DNA of 64,000 nucleotides, taken from an uncultured Solirubrobacterales bacterium. GTDB taxonomy: Bacteria > Actinomycetota > Thermoleophilia > Solirubrobacterales > Solirubrobacteraceae. The stretch lies in contig CAVPLN010000019.1 in NCBI GenBank assembly GCA_963705995.1, positions 33,840 to 97,839 of the forward strand, written 5' to 3'. A model generated the notes under the pieces. It searched no databases. It saw only the letters and a list, made by a program, of their open reading frames with translations, and was not told the origin of the DNA. How positions within the stretch are numbered: position 1 is the first letter of the stretch; each line of letters opens with the position of its first letter. Of the stretch, positions 53,192 through 61,643 are shown piece after piece. The position numbers were made by a program, and so were the translations under genes.

Positions 53192-53572
53192 TCAGCGAAT
53201 ACTGATGAGGTCCACGACGAAGACGAGGGTCTCGTCCGGTCCGATCGCCCGGCCGGCGCCGCGCTTGCCGTACGCGAGCATCGGCGGGATCGTGATGCGC
53301 CGGCGGCCGCCGACTCTCATTCCGGCCACGCCTTGATCCCAGCCGGCGATGACCTGGCCCTTGCCCAGACCGAACTTGAAGGTGCTGCCGCGGTCCCAAG
53401 AGGCGTCGAACTGCTGCCCGGTCTTCCATGAGACGCCGACGTAATGCACCTCGACGACGCGCCCTGAAACGGCCTCGTCACCGTCTCCGACGACGAGGTC
53501 CTCGAGCTCGAGCTGATAGGACGGCGCCTGATCGGACGGCACAACGACATCGGGCTTCTCGTCGAGCGCCAT
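53192..53572 (-). CDS. FKBP-type peptidyl-prolyl isomerase
   Basis: VHYVG, FDASWDR, VIAGWDQG..GMRVGGRR..IPP.LAYG, TLVFVVDL. Confidence 0.96.
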   Translation of the reverse strand: MALDEKPDVVVPSDQAPSYQLELEDLVVGDGDEAVSGRVVEVHYVGVSWKTGQQFDASWDRGSTFKFGLGKGQVIAGWDQGVAGMRVGGRRRITIPPMLAYGKRGAGRAIGPDETLVFVVDLISIR

Positions 53573-53707
53573 GACCTCAATTTACCGATCGAAGCCCCCA
53601 ACGGAGGCCCCGCATGAACACTCGACTCGGCATCGATCCCGAACTGCTTGACCTCGTCCGCCGCGCCGACCCGATGCTCGACCCACTGCAGGACGCCCAG
53701 GTCGCCG

Positions 53708-54244
53708 TCAGTTCCTCACCTGGAAGTCGACAAGCAGATAGCCGGTGGGAGAGGTAACGCTGCGGGTCAGCGACAGCCGCTTCGCGCTGACCTGATCGAA
53801 GAGCCTTCGCCCATGAATGTGCACTGCCGGCGCGATTACAAGTCGGAGCTCGTCAACCAGCCCGGCCTTGAGGAGCGACTGGGCCAGCGAGATGCTGCCG
53901 TGGACCCCGATGTCCCCACCGGGCTGACGCTTGAGATCGGCGATGCACTGGCCGGGACCGGTACTGACTACCGAACTACTTGCCCACGGCTGCTCGAGCC
54001 GCGTTGAGGTCACCACGAACTTCTGGACGCCGTTGATGAAGCTCGCGAACGGCTCAATGTCACTGTCCGGCCAGAATCCAGCCCAGTCGTCGTAGGTGCG
54101 GCGCCCCAGGAGCACGGCGTCCTGGGAGGTGATGACACGGCCGAGGTTCTCCCGCATCGTCTCGTCGAAGTCCAGGATGAACTCGTTCGGCTGCTCGGCT
54201 ATGCCATCAAGTGAGAGCAATTCGTAGACGACTACTTTGCGCAT
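53708..54244 (-). CDS. Dihydrofolate reductase/RibD C-terminal family protein
   Basis: SLDG, LLGRRTY, GDI.VHGS..LAQSLL.AGLVDELRL.IAP...G..LF. Confidence 0.9.
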   Translation of the reverse strand: MRKVVVYELLSLDGIAEQPNEFILDFDETMRENLGRVITSQDAVLLGRRTYDDWAGFWPDSDIEPFASFINGVQKFVVTSTRLEQPWASSSVVSTGPGQCIADLKRQPGGDIGVHGSISLAQSLLKAGLVDELRLVIAPAVHIHGRRLFDQVSAKRLSLTRSVTSPTGYLLVDFQVRN

Positions 54245-54439
54245 CGGAGAATCTCCCGCGTTGGGTTGAACGAGCTGTTCAGAAGACCGCGCGGCGGGCG
54301 AAAACTAATCGGTGCGAACGCAAACGTGATCCGGACCGGGTGCGCCGCGCTCGCCGGCAGCATCGAGGGATCTCGGATCACCTCGGGGCCAGCGCCTCCA
54401 ACTGACCATCAGGCAGTCGGCAAAGCGCGCACCAACGCG

Positions 54440-54560
54440 AGAGCGCCCGGGTCGACGGCACATCCGCTCGGCCGCCGCGTTCCGGGTGGTGGTCGTCCCG
54501 TCAAGCGTCCTGGCGATCATCGCGTCATCGCAGGAGGCGAGGACCGTGGCCCGCAGGGCC
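54440..54560 (-). pseudogene. PAS-domain remnant
   Basis: VLASCDDAMIARTLDGTTTTRNAAAERM resembles the PAS N-terminus (SSDDAI..TLDG.ITSWN.AAERM); the frame then degenerates. Confidence 0.55.
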
Positions 54561-54757
54561 TCAGCCCAGCGGGCCTTCACAGACGGTGCCGTCAATCGAC
54601 TCCACGATCACGCCACCACTGCGGACCGCCGAACGCAGCGAACCGCCGCACGCGCCGGCGCTCGTGCGCGCCGGTCACGGCCTGCGGGATATGGTCTGCG
54701 CGAGCCGCTGATCCCTTGCGGGCGGCGCGCCGCGGCTCCCGCGAGGTCACGATGCCT

Positions 54758-55198
54758 TCACGCGAGCGCCGCGGCCTGTTCCTCGAACAGGGTGCTCGGT
54801 GTGAGCAGCATCACCAGTCGCTCGCCGAGCTTCGCGATCGCGCTGACAAGCGTCGCGTCGACGGCGTCGGGGGCGGCCTGGAGTTGGTCAGCCTCGATCG
54901 TCAGGACTTCCTCGACGCCGTCGACGATCATGCCGATCGTCTGTGCTGCGGTCTCGACGATCACGATCTTGGTGTGCTCGCCGATCTCGGTGTTGACGCC
55001 GAGCCGGGTCGCGAGGTCGTAGACGGGGATGATCCGCCCGCGGAGGCTGAACACGCCACGAAGCGCGTAGTCACTGGACGCGACAGAACGCGGTTGGGTG
55101 TAGCGGATGATCTCCTGGACCTGGGTGATCGGGAGCGCGTACTGCTCGGCGCCGAGCGTCACGACGACGACTTGGCGCGCCTGCGTTTCTTCAGCCAT
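54758..55198 (-). CDS. cheW: Chemotaxis coupling protein CheW
   Basis: YALPI.QVQEIIR, GV.SLRG.IIPV.DL..RLG, IG.IVD.V.EV. Confidence 0.93.
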   Translation of the reverse strand: MAEETQARQVVVVTLGAEQYALPITQVQEIIRYTQPRSVASSDYALRGVFSLRGRIIPVYDLATRLGVNTEIGEHTKIVIVETAAQTIGMIVDGVEEVLTIEADQLQAAPDAVDATLVSAIAKLGERLVMLLTPSTLFEEQAAALA

Positions 55199-55228
55199 CT
55201 GATTGCTCCGGTTCGGGTGTGCCGACCA

Positions 55229-55261
55229 GGGCGACCGCTGGGGTGAGGCGAGCGGTCGCCC
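55229..55261. terminator. Intergenic hairpin between mcp and cheW
   Basis: gggcgaccgct-N11-agcggtcgccc, perfect 11-bp stem. Confidence 0.5.
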
Positions 55262-55343
55262 GTTCCGTCGGCGTTGATTTCAGGTAGGTGGATTGAATGT
55301 CCGTGAGGCGGCCGAGCGCCTCGTTACCTGCGGGTTCCGTCGC

Positions 55344-56552
55344 TCACACAGAGAACCTCGCGACCATGCCCGCGAGCTCCTCGGCCGTGCCGGCCAGGGC
55401 CTGGCTGGTGCTGGCGATCTCCTGGCTGCTGGCGGCTGACTCTTCGGCGGAGGCGGACACCTGTTGGGTCGCGGCGCCGGTGCTGTCGGCGACCTCCGCG
55501 ACTACCTTCGCGGCTTCGTTGATCCGCTCGATGCACCCGCCGACGTCCTCGATGCTTGAGCTGAGCCCGTGGAATGCGTCGCTCGTCTGTCGAGCCGCGA
55601 CGGCGGCGGACTCGGCGAGCTTGCGGACCTCCTCGGCGACGACGGCGAAACCGCGACCCTGCTCGCCGGCGCGTGCGGCCTCGATCGCCGCGTTCAGCGC
55701 CAGCAGGTTGGTCTGGTCGGCGATCGCCCCGATCTGCCCGGTCAACGCGACGCCGTTGGCGGCCACCTCGCGCGCTCGGGCGGACAGCTCGACCGCCTCG
55801 TCGGTCACCTTCTGGACCTCGTGGATCATCCCGACCTGCTTCTCGGCGCCCTCGGCAACGCTGGTGGTCGCCTGCGCGATCTGGGAGATCGCCGCTCCGG
55901 TCTCCGTCGAGGACGCGGACATCTGCTGCGTCGCGCCCGTGACCTGGCTGGCGGTCGCGGAGATCTGGCCGATCATCGCGGCCAACTGGGCGCGCATGTC
56001 GTTGTAGGATCCGAGGCCGCCCTGCGCCTGGCCGAGCATCGTGTTGAACACGGTCCCCAACTCGCCGAGCTCCGCCCCGGATCGGGTCGTCAGGGGCTGG
56101 GTGACCGGGAGGGCCTCGACCGTCAGATCGCCGCTGGCTGCTGCCTTCAGACCTTCGCCGAGGCCCGCGAGACACTTATCTGACAGGCTGTGCAGCCGCT
56201 CGGTCAGCGGACCCAGGCACGACTGATCCCCCAGCGCCGCGCTCAGCTCCTCACGCAGTGCACCGTAGGCTTCAAGCGCCGCCTGTGCTTTCGCGAGCAT
56301 CGAGTTGAACAGCCTCACGAGCTCAGCCTGGTCCGGATCCTGGACCGCCATTTCGATCGGCGTGGTCACGGGCTGCACCTTGACGGTGAGATCACCGTCC
56401 ACCGCGTGGCGGAGCCCCTGGACGAGCCCCTCGAGACACTTGCCGTCAAGGCTCGTCAGCCGCTCGCTCAACAGTCGCGTCACCTGATCTCGCTCAACGC
56501 TCTTTGCGTCGTCAGCGACGACGCCACCAGCTCGCGAAAGAAACTTAGACAC
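55344..56552 (-). CDS. Soluble methyl-accepting chemotaxis protein with tandem HAMP-like repeats
   Basis: [38 protein letters not shown]; no TM segment; AAAGGAG RBS. Confidence 0.93.
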   Translation of the reverse strand: MSKFLSRAGGVVADDAKSVERDQVTRLLSERLTSLDGKCLEGLVQGLRHAVDGDLTVKVQPVTTPIEMAVQDPDQAELVRLFNSMLAKAQAALEAYGALREELSAALGDQSCLGPLTERLHSLSDKCLAGLGEGLKAAASGDLTVEALPVTQPLTTRSGAELGELGTVFNTMLGQAQGGLGSYNDMRAQLAAMIGQISATASQVTGATQQMSASSTETGAAISQIAQATTSVAEGAEKQVGMIHEVQKVTDEAVELSARAREVAANGVALTGQIGAIADQTNLLALNAAIEAARAGEQGRGFAVVAEEVRKLAESAAVAARQTSDAFHGLSSSIEDVGGCIERINEAAKVVAEVADSTGAATQQVSASAEESAASSQEIASTSQALAGTAEELAGMVARFSV

Positions 56553-56901
56553 CGCTCATGCTCCTTTGGACTTCGGTCTGCTGCTTTGACTGGCTTCTCG
56601 TCAACAAGTCTCTGAAGAGCTCCACCGCTACTCCCTTTTTGTGAGTATTGTGGAGTGACCGTTACCGATCCCACCAGCGATGACTGATTCCTTGGCCGCC
56701 GCCGCCGAGCAATGCGCTGGCCTGCCCGCGCCGGGGTCCTGCTCTCATACATCGGTGCCAGCTCCGGATTGATGTATGTGCGACTTGGAGACCGCTGGCA
56801 CCAACCGCAGGTTGTTCCTGTGCTCGCGGTTGCAGATCTCAGCCCAGCGCCACTGACGCGCTGGCCCGCGTTGACACTCCCCACCCGCCTCGCAGGACTT
56901 G

Positions 56902-57445
56902 TCAGAGCCTGGCGCGCGCCGCTGGATTCGCGGCGAGCGCGCGCGTGTGTTGGACCAGGACCGCTGAGGTCAGGTGGTCGCTGGTGGTGGCTGTGGGGAT
57001 GGGGAGGTGCTCCTCGGCGAGTGACAGGCGATCGGCGAGCTGGCTGCATGCCAGTCGGTAGATCGCGACCGCGCTATCAAGGAGCTGATCCAGCAGGCCA
57101 ATCAGCCGCAGGGCAAGCTCGTATCGGGCGACCTGGCAGGCGCCGGCTGCGTCCGGACCCGCGCCGTGGCGGCTTGCCTGCTCAAGACAGGCGTCGATCG
57201 CCTCGACCGCGGTCGAGGCGTCGGCTGCGAGCGCATCGATGCTCACGGCGAGATCATCGAACCCGGACCAACCCTCGCCGGACGATTCGCCGATCAGGTG
57301 AACACGATCGGCCAGGCATCGGACCAGGCGCGCGGCGTCGGTCGCGTGCCGGTGCGCGGCGTTGAGATCCACGGCGTGCATCGGCGCTCACGCCGCCGGC
57401 GAGGAGCTGGTCACGATGATGGACGGGTTTCGCAAGGGAATGCAC
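56902..57445 (-). CDS. Hypothetical helical protein with weak resemblance to an MCP tip (probable frameshift near 57385)
   Basis: GAGGAG RBS before the GTG at 57445; main body is ORF 56902-57381 containing GEGWSGFDDLAVSIDALA. Confidence 0.45.
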
Positions 57446-57596
57446 GGTGGCTCCTCTGTGAACGCCTGGGCCCGCACGGCGCCGCCTCGGGCGACTGAGT
57501 CCTCAGACGCGAGCGCGGCGCCTGTCGAGTCGCGGGGCATGCCTCTGGTATCGGCTTTCGCGCGCAGCCGAACAGGGGTGATGTGGTCATCGCTCA

Positions 57597-57641
57597 TGTC
57601 AACCTCAGGTTGGCTGTCCGTCTGGTCCGCGCGGCTATATT
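57597..57641. promoter_or_regulatory. Divergent promoter region with a palindrome
   Basis: CAACCT-C-AGGTTG (57600-57612) overlaps a minus-strand TTGACA; TATATT (57636-57641) lies 9 nt before ATG 57651. Confidence 0.5.
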
Positions 57642-57650
57642 GTGGGCGTT

Positions 57651-59687
57651 ATGTTCCCGACGGGGGAGCCGATCCGGGCGCCCGAGCTCTCGGAGCTGGA
57701 GACGTTCGTGCTGGCGCTCGACGAAGGGAGCATCGCGCGGGCGGCCGGTCGGCTGAGGATCAGCTCGCAGGCGGCGGCGAAGCGGATTCGCCAGCTCGAG
57801 GTTCTCGCCCATGCGCCGCTGCTCGTGCGAGGGCGCCGGGGTGTCAGCGCGACGGAGATCGGGGCGCGCCTGTACCCGATCGCTTGCGAGTCGATCTCGC
57901 AGAGAGACCGCATTGTCGAGGCGCTTGCGGGTGCGCCGGCGCCGGACCCGCTGCGGATCGCAGGGATGCGTCAGCTGCTGGGTCGTGCGCCCGCTCCGCG
58001 CACCGAAGCGGAGTTCAAGACAACGGAGGCGGTTCTCGCGGCCATCTTTCACGGGACCTCGGAGGCGGTCGCGCTGACCCGAGTGGAGGACGGGCTGATC
58101 CGCGAGGTCAACGATGCGGCCGTGCGCCTGCTGGGATATCAGCAACGCGATCTGCGCGGGCGACTGGCGCCTGAGGTTCAGGTGTGGGACGACATCGGCC
58201 TGCGCGACGAGTGCGTCAGGCGGGCTGTCTCCAGCCGCGAGCCCCAGCACGCGGAGCTGGTTGTGCGCGCCCGCGGTGGTCATCGGTTGCTCGTCGCGGC
58301 GCGGTTCGAGGCGGTCGAGCTGGGCGGCAGCACCCATGTGCTCGTCACGCTCCGTGAGTTGCGAAGGCTTGACAGCGTGGCCACGCCTGTTGCGCGCCGC
58401 CGCGCCGACGAGCTCGTCGAGGAGCAGCTTGCTGCCAGCTTCTTCGAGGCGCTCTGCCGCGGAGTCCCCACGCAGGCGGAGGCCGCGGCCGAGGCGGCGC
58501 TCGATCAAGGCTTTGGCGTCGCTGCCGTCCATACGCAGCTGATCGAGCCGGCGATGCGATCGATCGGCGAGCTCTGGGAGCGCGGGAAGATCTCGGTCAG
58601 CGAGGAGCACCTCGCGACGGCCATCAGCCACGAGGTCGCGGCACGCATCTTCCCCCGCGGGCTCAGCGCCATGCCCGGAGCGCGGGAGCGGGTCATGATG
58701 ACCGCTATCCAGGGCGAGCAACACGTGCTTGGCCTGCGCCTGGCAGCCGACGTGCTGGAGTGCGCCGGCTATGACGTCCTCTACCTTGGAGCTGACGTGC
58801 CGCTCGACGCGCTGCTCGCGGCGTGTCGCATTCATCAGCCTGACGTTCTCGGATTCACGGTCAGCACCTGGCCGAACGTACCCACGATGATCTTGGCGAT
58901 CCACGAGATCATGCAGCTCGAGCAGCCGCCCAGAATCATGGTCGGGGGCCGCGCGGCCGTCCAGGCGATCACGCATGGCCTGAACGCTCCGATCGTCGAG
59001 CACGCCGATCAGATACTCGAGGTCGTTCGACAGCTGCTCGCGGGCCCGCCGCCCGAACACGTGATCTCCGCGGAGCTCGCCGCCAGGGTGCCGCTCCGCG
59101 ATCAGGCCGCCCCGGTCGGGACCGAACAGCTCGCAGCGATCGATGCCGCGTTCTCCGCGACCGCGTCGTTCGCCCGTGCCGGGGATGTGCGCGAGTCGCC
59201 GCGTGCCGCAGCCCCGATGGAGCGACTCGCCCACCAGGACGACCTCACTGGCCTTCATAACCGTCGCGCGTTCGACGACCGGCTGCAGGCGATCGCCCAG
59301 CACGGACCGCACAGCACGCTGCTGATGATCGGAATCGACACGCCCGGGTCGATCAACGACACCGGCGGCCGTCACGTCGGCGACGAGACATTGGTCGGTG
59401 TCGGTCGCGTCATCCTGGAGAGCATCCGTTCTGGTGAGTTCGCGGCTCGGATCGGCGGCGAGGAGTTCGTCGCGCTCCTCTCGGCGGTGACAGGTTCGGC
59501 AGCCGACGCGGTCGCTGAGCGAATCCGGGCGGCGGTCGCAGCCGCGTCGATCAGCCCCGCCGCGACCGTCAGCATCGGGATCGCCGAGGTCACCTCCGAC
59601 GCCAGGCAGGCCCGCGAGTCGGCCGACCGCGCGCTGAGTCTGGCCAGGGAGTCCGGCGGCAACCGCACAGCTCGACCGGAGCACTGA
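57651..59687 (+). CDS. LysR-HTH / PAS / cobalamin-binding (CarH-type) / GGDEF fusion protein
   Basis: LETFV...EGSI.RAA.RL.IS.QA..KRIRQLE......LL.RGRRGV..T..G; PAS (IFHGTSEAV..IREVNDAA..LLGY); W-x9-EH and EQHVLG; DDLTGLHNRRAF...ARIGGEEF. Confidence 0.88.
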   Translation: MFPTGEPIRAPELSELETFVLALDEGSIARAAGRLRISSQAAAKRIRQLEVLAHAPLLVRGRRGVSATEIGARLYPIACESISQRDRIVEALAGAPAPDPLRIAGMRQLLGRAPAPRTEAEFKTTEAVLAAIFHGTSEAVALTRVEDGLIREVNDAAVRLLGYQQRDLRGRLAPEVQVWDDIGLRDECVRRAVSSREPQHAELVVRARGGHRLLVAARFEAVELGGSTHVLVTLRELRRLDSVATPVARRRADELVEEQLAASFFEALCRGVPTQAEAAAEAALDQGFGVAAVHTQLIEPAMRSIGELWERGKISVSEEHLATAISHEVAARIFPRGLSAMPGARERVMMTAIQGEQHVLGLRLAADVLECAGYDVLYLGADVPLDALLAACRIHQPDVLGFTVSTWPNVPTMILAIHEIMQLEQPPRIMVGGRAAVQAITHGLNAPIVEHADQILEVVRQLLAGPPPEHVISAELAARVPLRDQAAPVGTEQLAAIDAAFSATASFARAGDVRESPRAAAPMERLAHQDDLTGLHNRRAFDDRLQAIAQHGPHSTLLMIGIDTPGSINDTGGRHVGDETLVGVGRVILESIRSGEFAARIGGEEFVALLSAVTGSAADAVAERIRAAVAAASISPAATVSIGIAEVTSDARQARESADRALSLARESGGNRTARPEH

Positions 59688-59807
59688 GCGGCCCTCTGCG
59701 TTCCCGCACGCCCTGCCGGCCGGCCCAGGCCGTGGTCAGCACCTCCATCTGCTTGTCATCCGTGCCGGCGGGCTCGCCTGGCCAAGGGGCACTACGCCGC
59801 CGGCATC

Positions 59808-60239
59808 GTGCTCGACGACGATCAGCCGATCCCGATCCTCGAGCCGGGCCCGATCGCCGGCGCCTCGACGGTGGGCGACGGCAGCCGGCTGGGGTTCACC
59901 GACATGCAGCAGAGCGCGCTGCGGGAGATCGCGAACGTCGGCTCGGGTCACGCCGCGACCGCCCTGTCCCAGCTGCTCGGCCGACCGGTCGAGATCGGCT
60001 ACTCCGAGGCGCTGCTCACTGTGCTCGCGGAGGCGATCGATCGCATCGGGGCGCCGATGAGCCGCTCCGCGCTCGTCGACACCCCAATCCATGCCGACGG
60101 CGGCACCGTGCTGCTGGTCTTCCCCGAGGACACCAGCGAGGAGCTGTGCCGGCTGCTCGGGACGAGCCTCGATGACGAGATCGGGCGCACCGCCCTCCAG
60201 GAGGTCGGAAACATCCTCGCCACGTCTAGCCGCGCCTAG
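59808..60239 (+). pseudogene. cheC: CheC-like phosphatase, 3'-truncated, with a possible CheA/CheW-like tail at its N-terminus
   Basis: ALREIANVGSGHAATALSQLLG and ALQEVGNIL (two ExxN motifs), with a stop right after the second. Confidence 0.75.
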
Positions 60240-60828
60240 CCGGCCTCACCGAGGCGCCGCTTGACGGCACCACCCTGCTGACGACCCACCGGTGTTTGCC
60301 GATTTGCCGGCAGCGCATGAACCCATGGCGCTCGAACATAGCCACGCTGCCGTTGTGCAGAAACGATCCCGACACCTTGCGGCCACCCGTGTCCTCTGGA
60401 TAGCTCTCCACCGTCCCGCCACCGACGCCGGCGATTTCCACCAGCGCGCCAGCCAAGGCAGCCTCGGCGACGCCGCGATGACGATGTGTTCGCCCGACGA
60501 AAAAGCAGGTGATCCGCCAATCGGGGAGCTCGCGGAGCCCCGCCTGGTACGCCTTCTGATGCTTGATCCGCGGCAACTCCTCGGTCGGGCCGTACTGGCA
60601 CCACCCGACGCACCGGCCGTCGTCGAACACGAGCGCGGCGTGCGCACGGCCCTCAAGCACCCGCGCCTCCTTGAGAGCGCGCCGCTGGTCTGGAGTGTGA
60701 ACACCGTTGCGGCCCTCCTCGTGAAAGCCCAAGCACCAGCACCCATCCCACACGCCGTGGTGCTCCTCGGCCAGCTGCGCGAAGTCAGACCAAGTGCTCG
60801 CGTCGAGCGGTTTGGTGGTCAGTGCCAT
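60226..60828 (-). CDS. GNAT family acetyltransferase
   Basis: GCWC..F, VGWCQYG, WRITCFFV...HR.RGVA, VESYP, G...MFE..GF. Confidence 0.88.
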   Translation of the reverse strand: MALTTKPLDASTWSDFAQLAEEHHGVWDGCWCLGFHEEGRNGVHTPDQRRALKEARVLEGRAHAALVFDDGRCVGWCQYGPTEELPRIKHQKAYQAGLRELPDWRITCFFVGRTHRHRGVAEAALAGALVEIAGVGGGTVESYPEDTGGRKVSGSFLHNGSVAMFERHGFMRCRQIGKHRWVVSRVVPSSGASVRPARRG

Positions 60829-60938
60829 GGCCGCAAGAGTATGCGACGTGCTGGTACGGATCCGCATGGCACACGCGCATCTACTGGCACCGAGTCGGGC
60901 TCGATCGCCTCACGGTGACCGCTCAGACGGGACTGGCG

Positions 60939-61544
60939 TCAGCTGCGGACCAGCAGGTCGACGTAGCCGTCGGCGATGTCAGTCGGAGAGAGCCGGCCGC
61001 GGGGCCGGTACCACTGCACGGTGTGGTTGACCATCCCGAGGAGGGCCGAGACCGCAAGCCGCTCGTCGGCGAGCGCAAGCTGCCCGCCTTCGTGGACGCG
61101 CCCGACGACTTCCGCCAGCAGGCGCTCGAATTGCTTGCGACTCGCGCGGATGTCGCGCCACTGGTCGCCGTGCTCGATCACGTGGCGCTCCTGCTGGAAC
61201 ACGAGCAGGTGGTCGCGGTGCTCGATCACGTGCGTGACCCACAGGCGTACGAGCGCCCGCAACTGCTGCGCCGGCGGGGCGCCTGCATCGAGTAGCTCGC
61301 GAGCGCGCTCGAGCAGCGGGTCCATGATCTGGTCGCAGATGCGGGCGAGCAGTTGCTCCTTGCTACCCACGTAGTGATAGATCCCCCCGGCGGCGAGACC
61401 GATCGCGTCGGCGAGATCCTGGATCGTCGTCTGGTCGTAGCCGTGCTCGGCGAACACCTTCGCGGCGTCGTGAATGACCTGCTGCTGCTTGCGGTCGTAC
61501 CGATCGCGCAGCCTCGGTCTGGTCGGTGGGGACGGAGACGGCAT
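60939..61544 (-). CDS. TetR family regulator (KstR2-like C-terminal domain)
   Basis: AAKVFAEHGY..TTIQD.A..IGL..GGIYHY.GSKE.LL, LGMVN...WYRP.G. Confidence 0.93.
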   Translation of the reverse strand: MPSPSPPTRPRLRDRYDRKQQQVIHDAAKVFAEHGYDQTTIQDLADAIGLAAGGIYHYVGSKEQLLARICDQIMDPLLERARELLDAGAPPAQQLRALVRLWVTHVIEHRDHLLVFQQERHVIEHGDQWRDIRASRKQFERLLAEVVGRVHEGGQLALADERLAVSALLGMVNHTVQWYRPRGRLSPTDIADGYVDLLVRS

Positions 61545-61593
61545 GAGTGCATGGTATCGCCCCCGTGTTGCCATTTACGAGGAGAGCTTCGAA

Positions 61594-61636
61594 GTTCGAA
61601 TGGATAATTGACTTTCGAACAGGACTCCGATAATTT
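61594..61636 (+). promoter_or_regulatory. Housekeeping-sigma promoter with an overlapping inverted-repeat operator
   Basis: TTGACT-17 nt-TAATTT, 7 nt before the ATG; GTTCGAA-N13-TTCGAAC straddles the -35. Confidence 0.75.
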
Positions 61637-61643
61637 GCCTTCG

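Noticed and set aside
56553-57600. c-di-GMP riboswitch or sigma28 promoters upstream of the che genes
   Set aside because: No GEMM core seen; the ACCGATGT and GCCGATAC -10-like sites lack a correctly spaced -35
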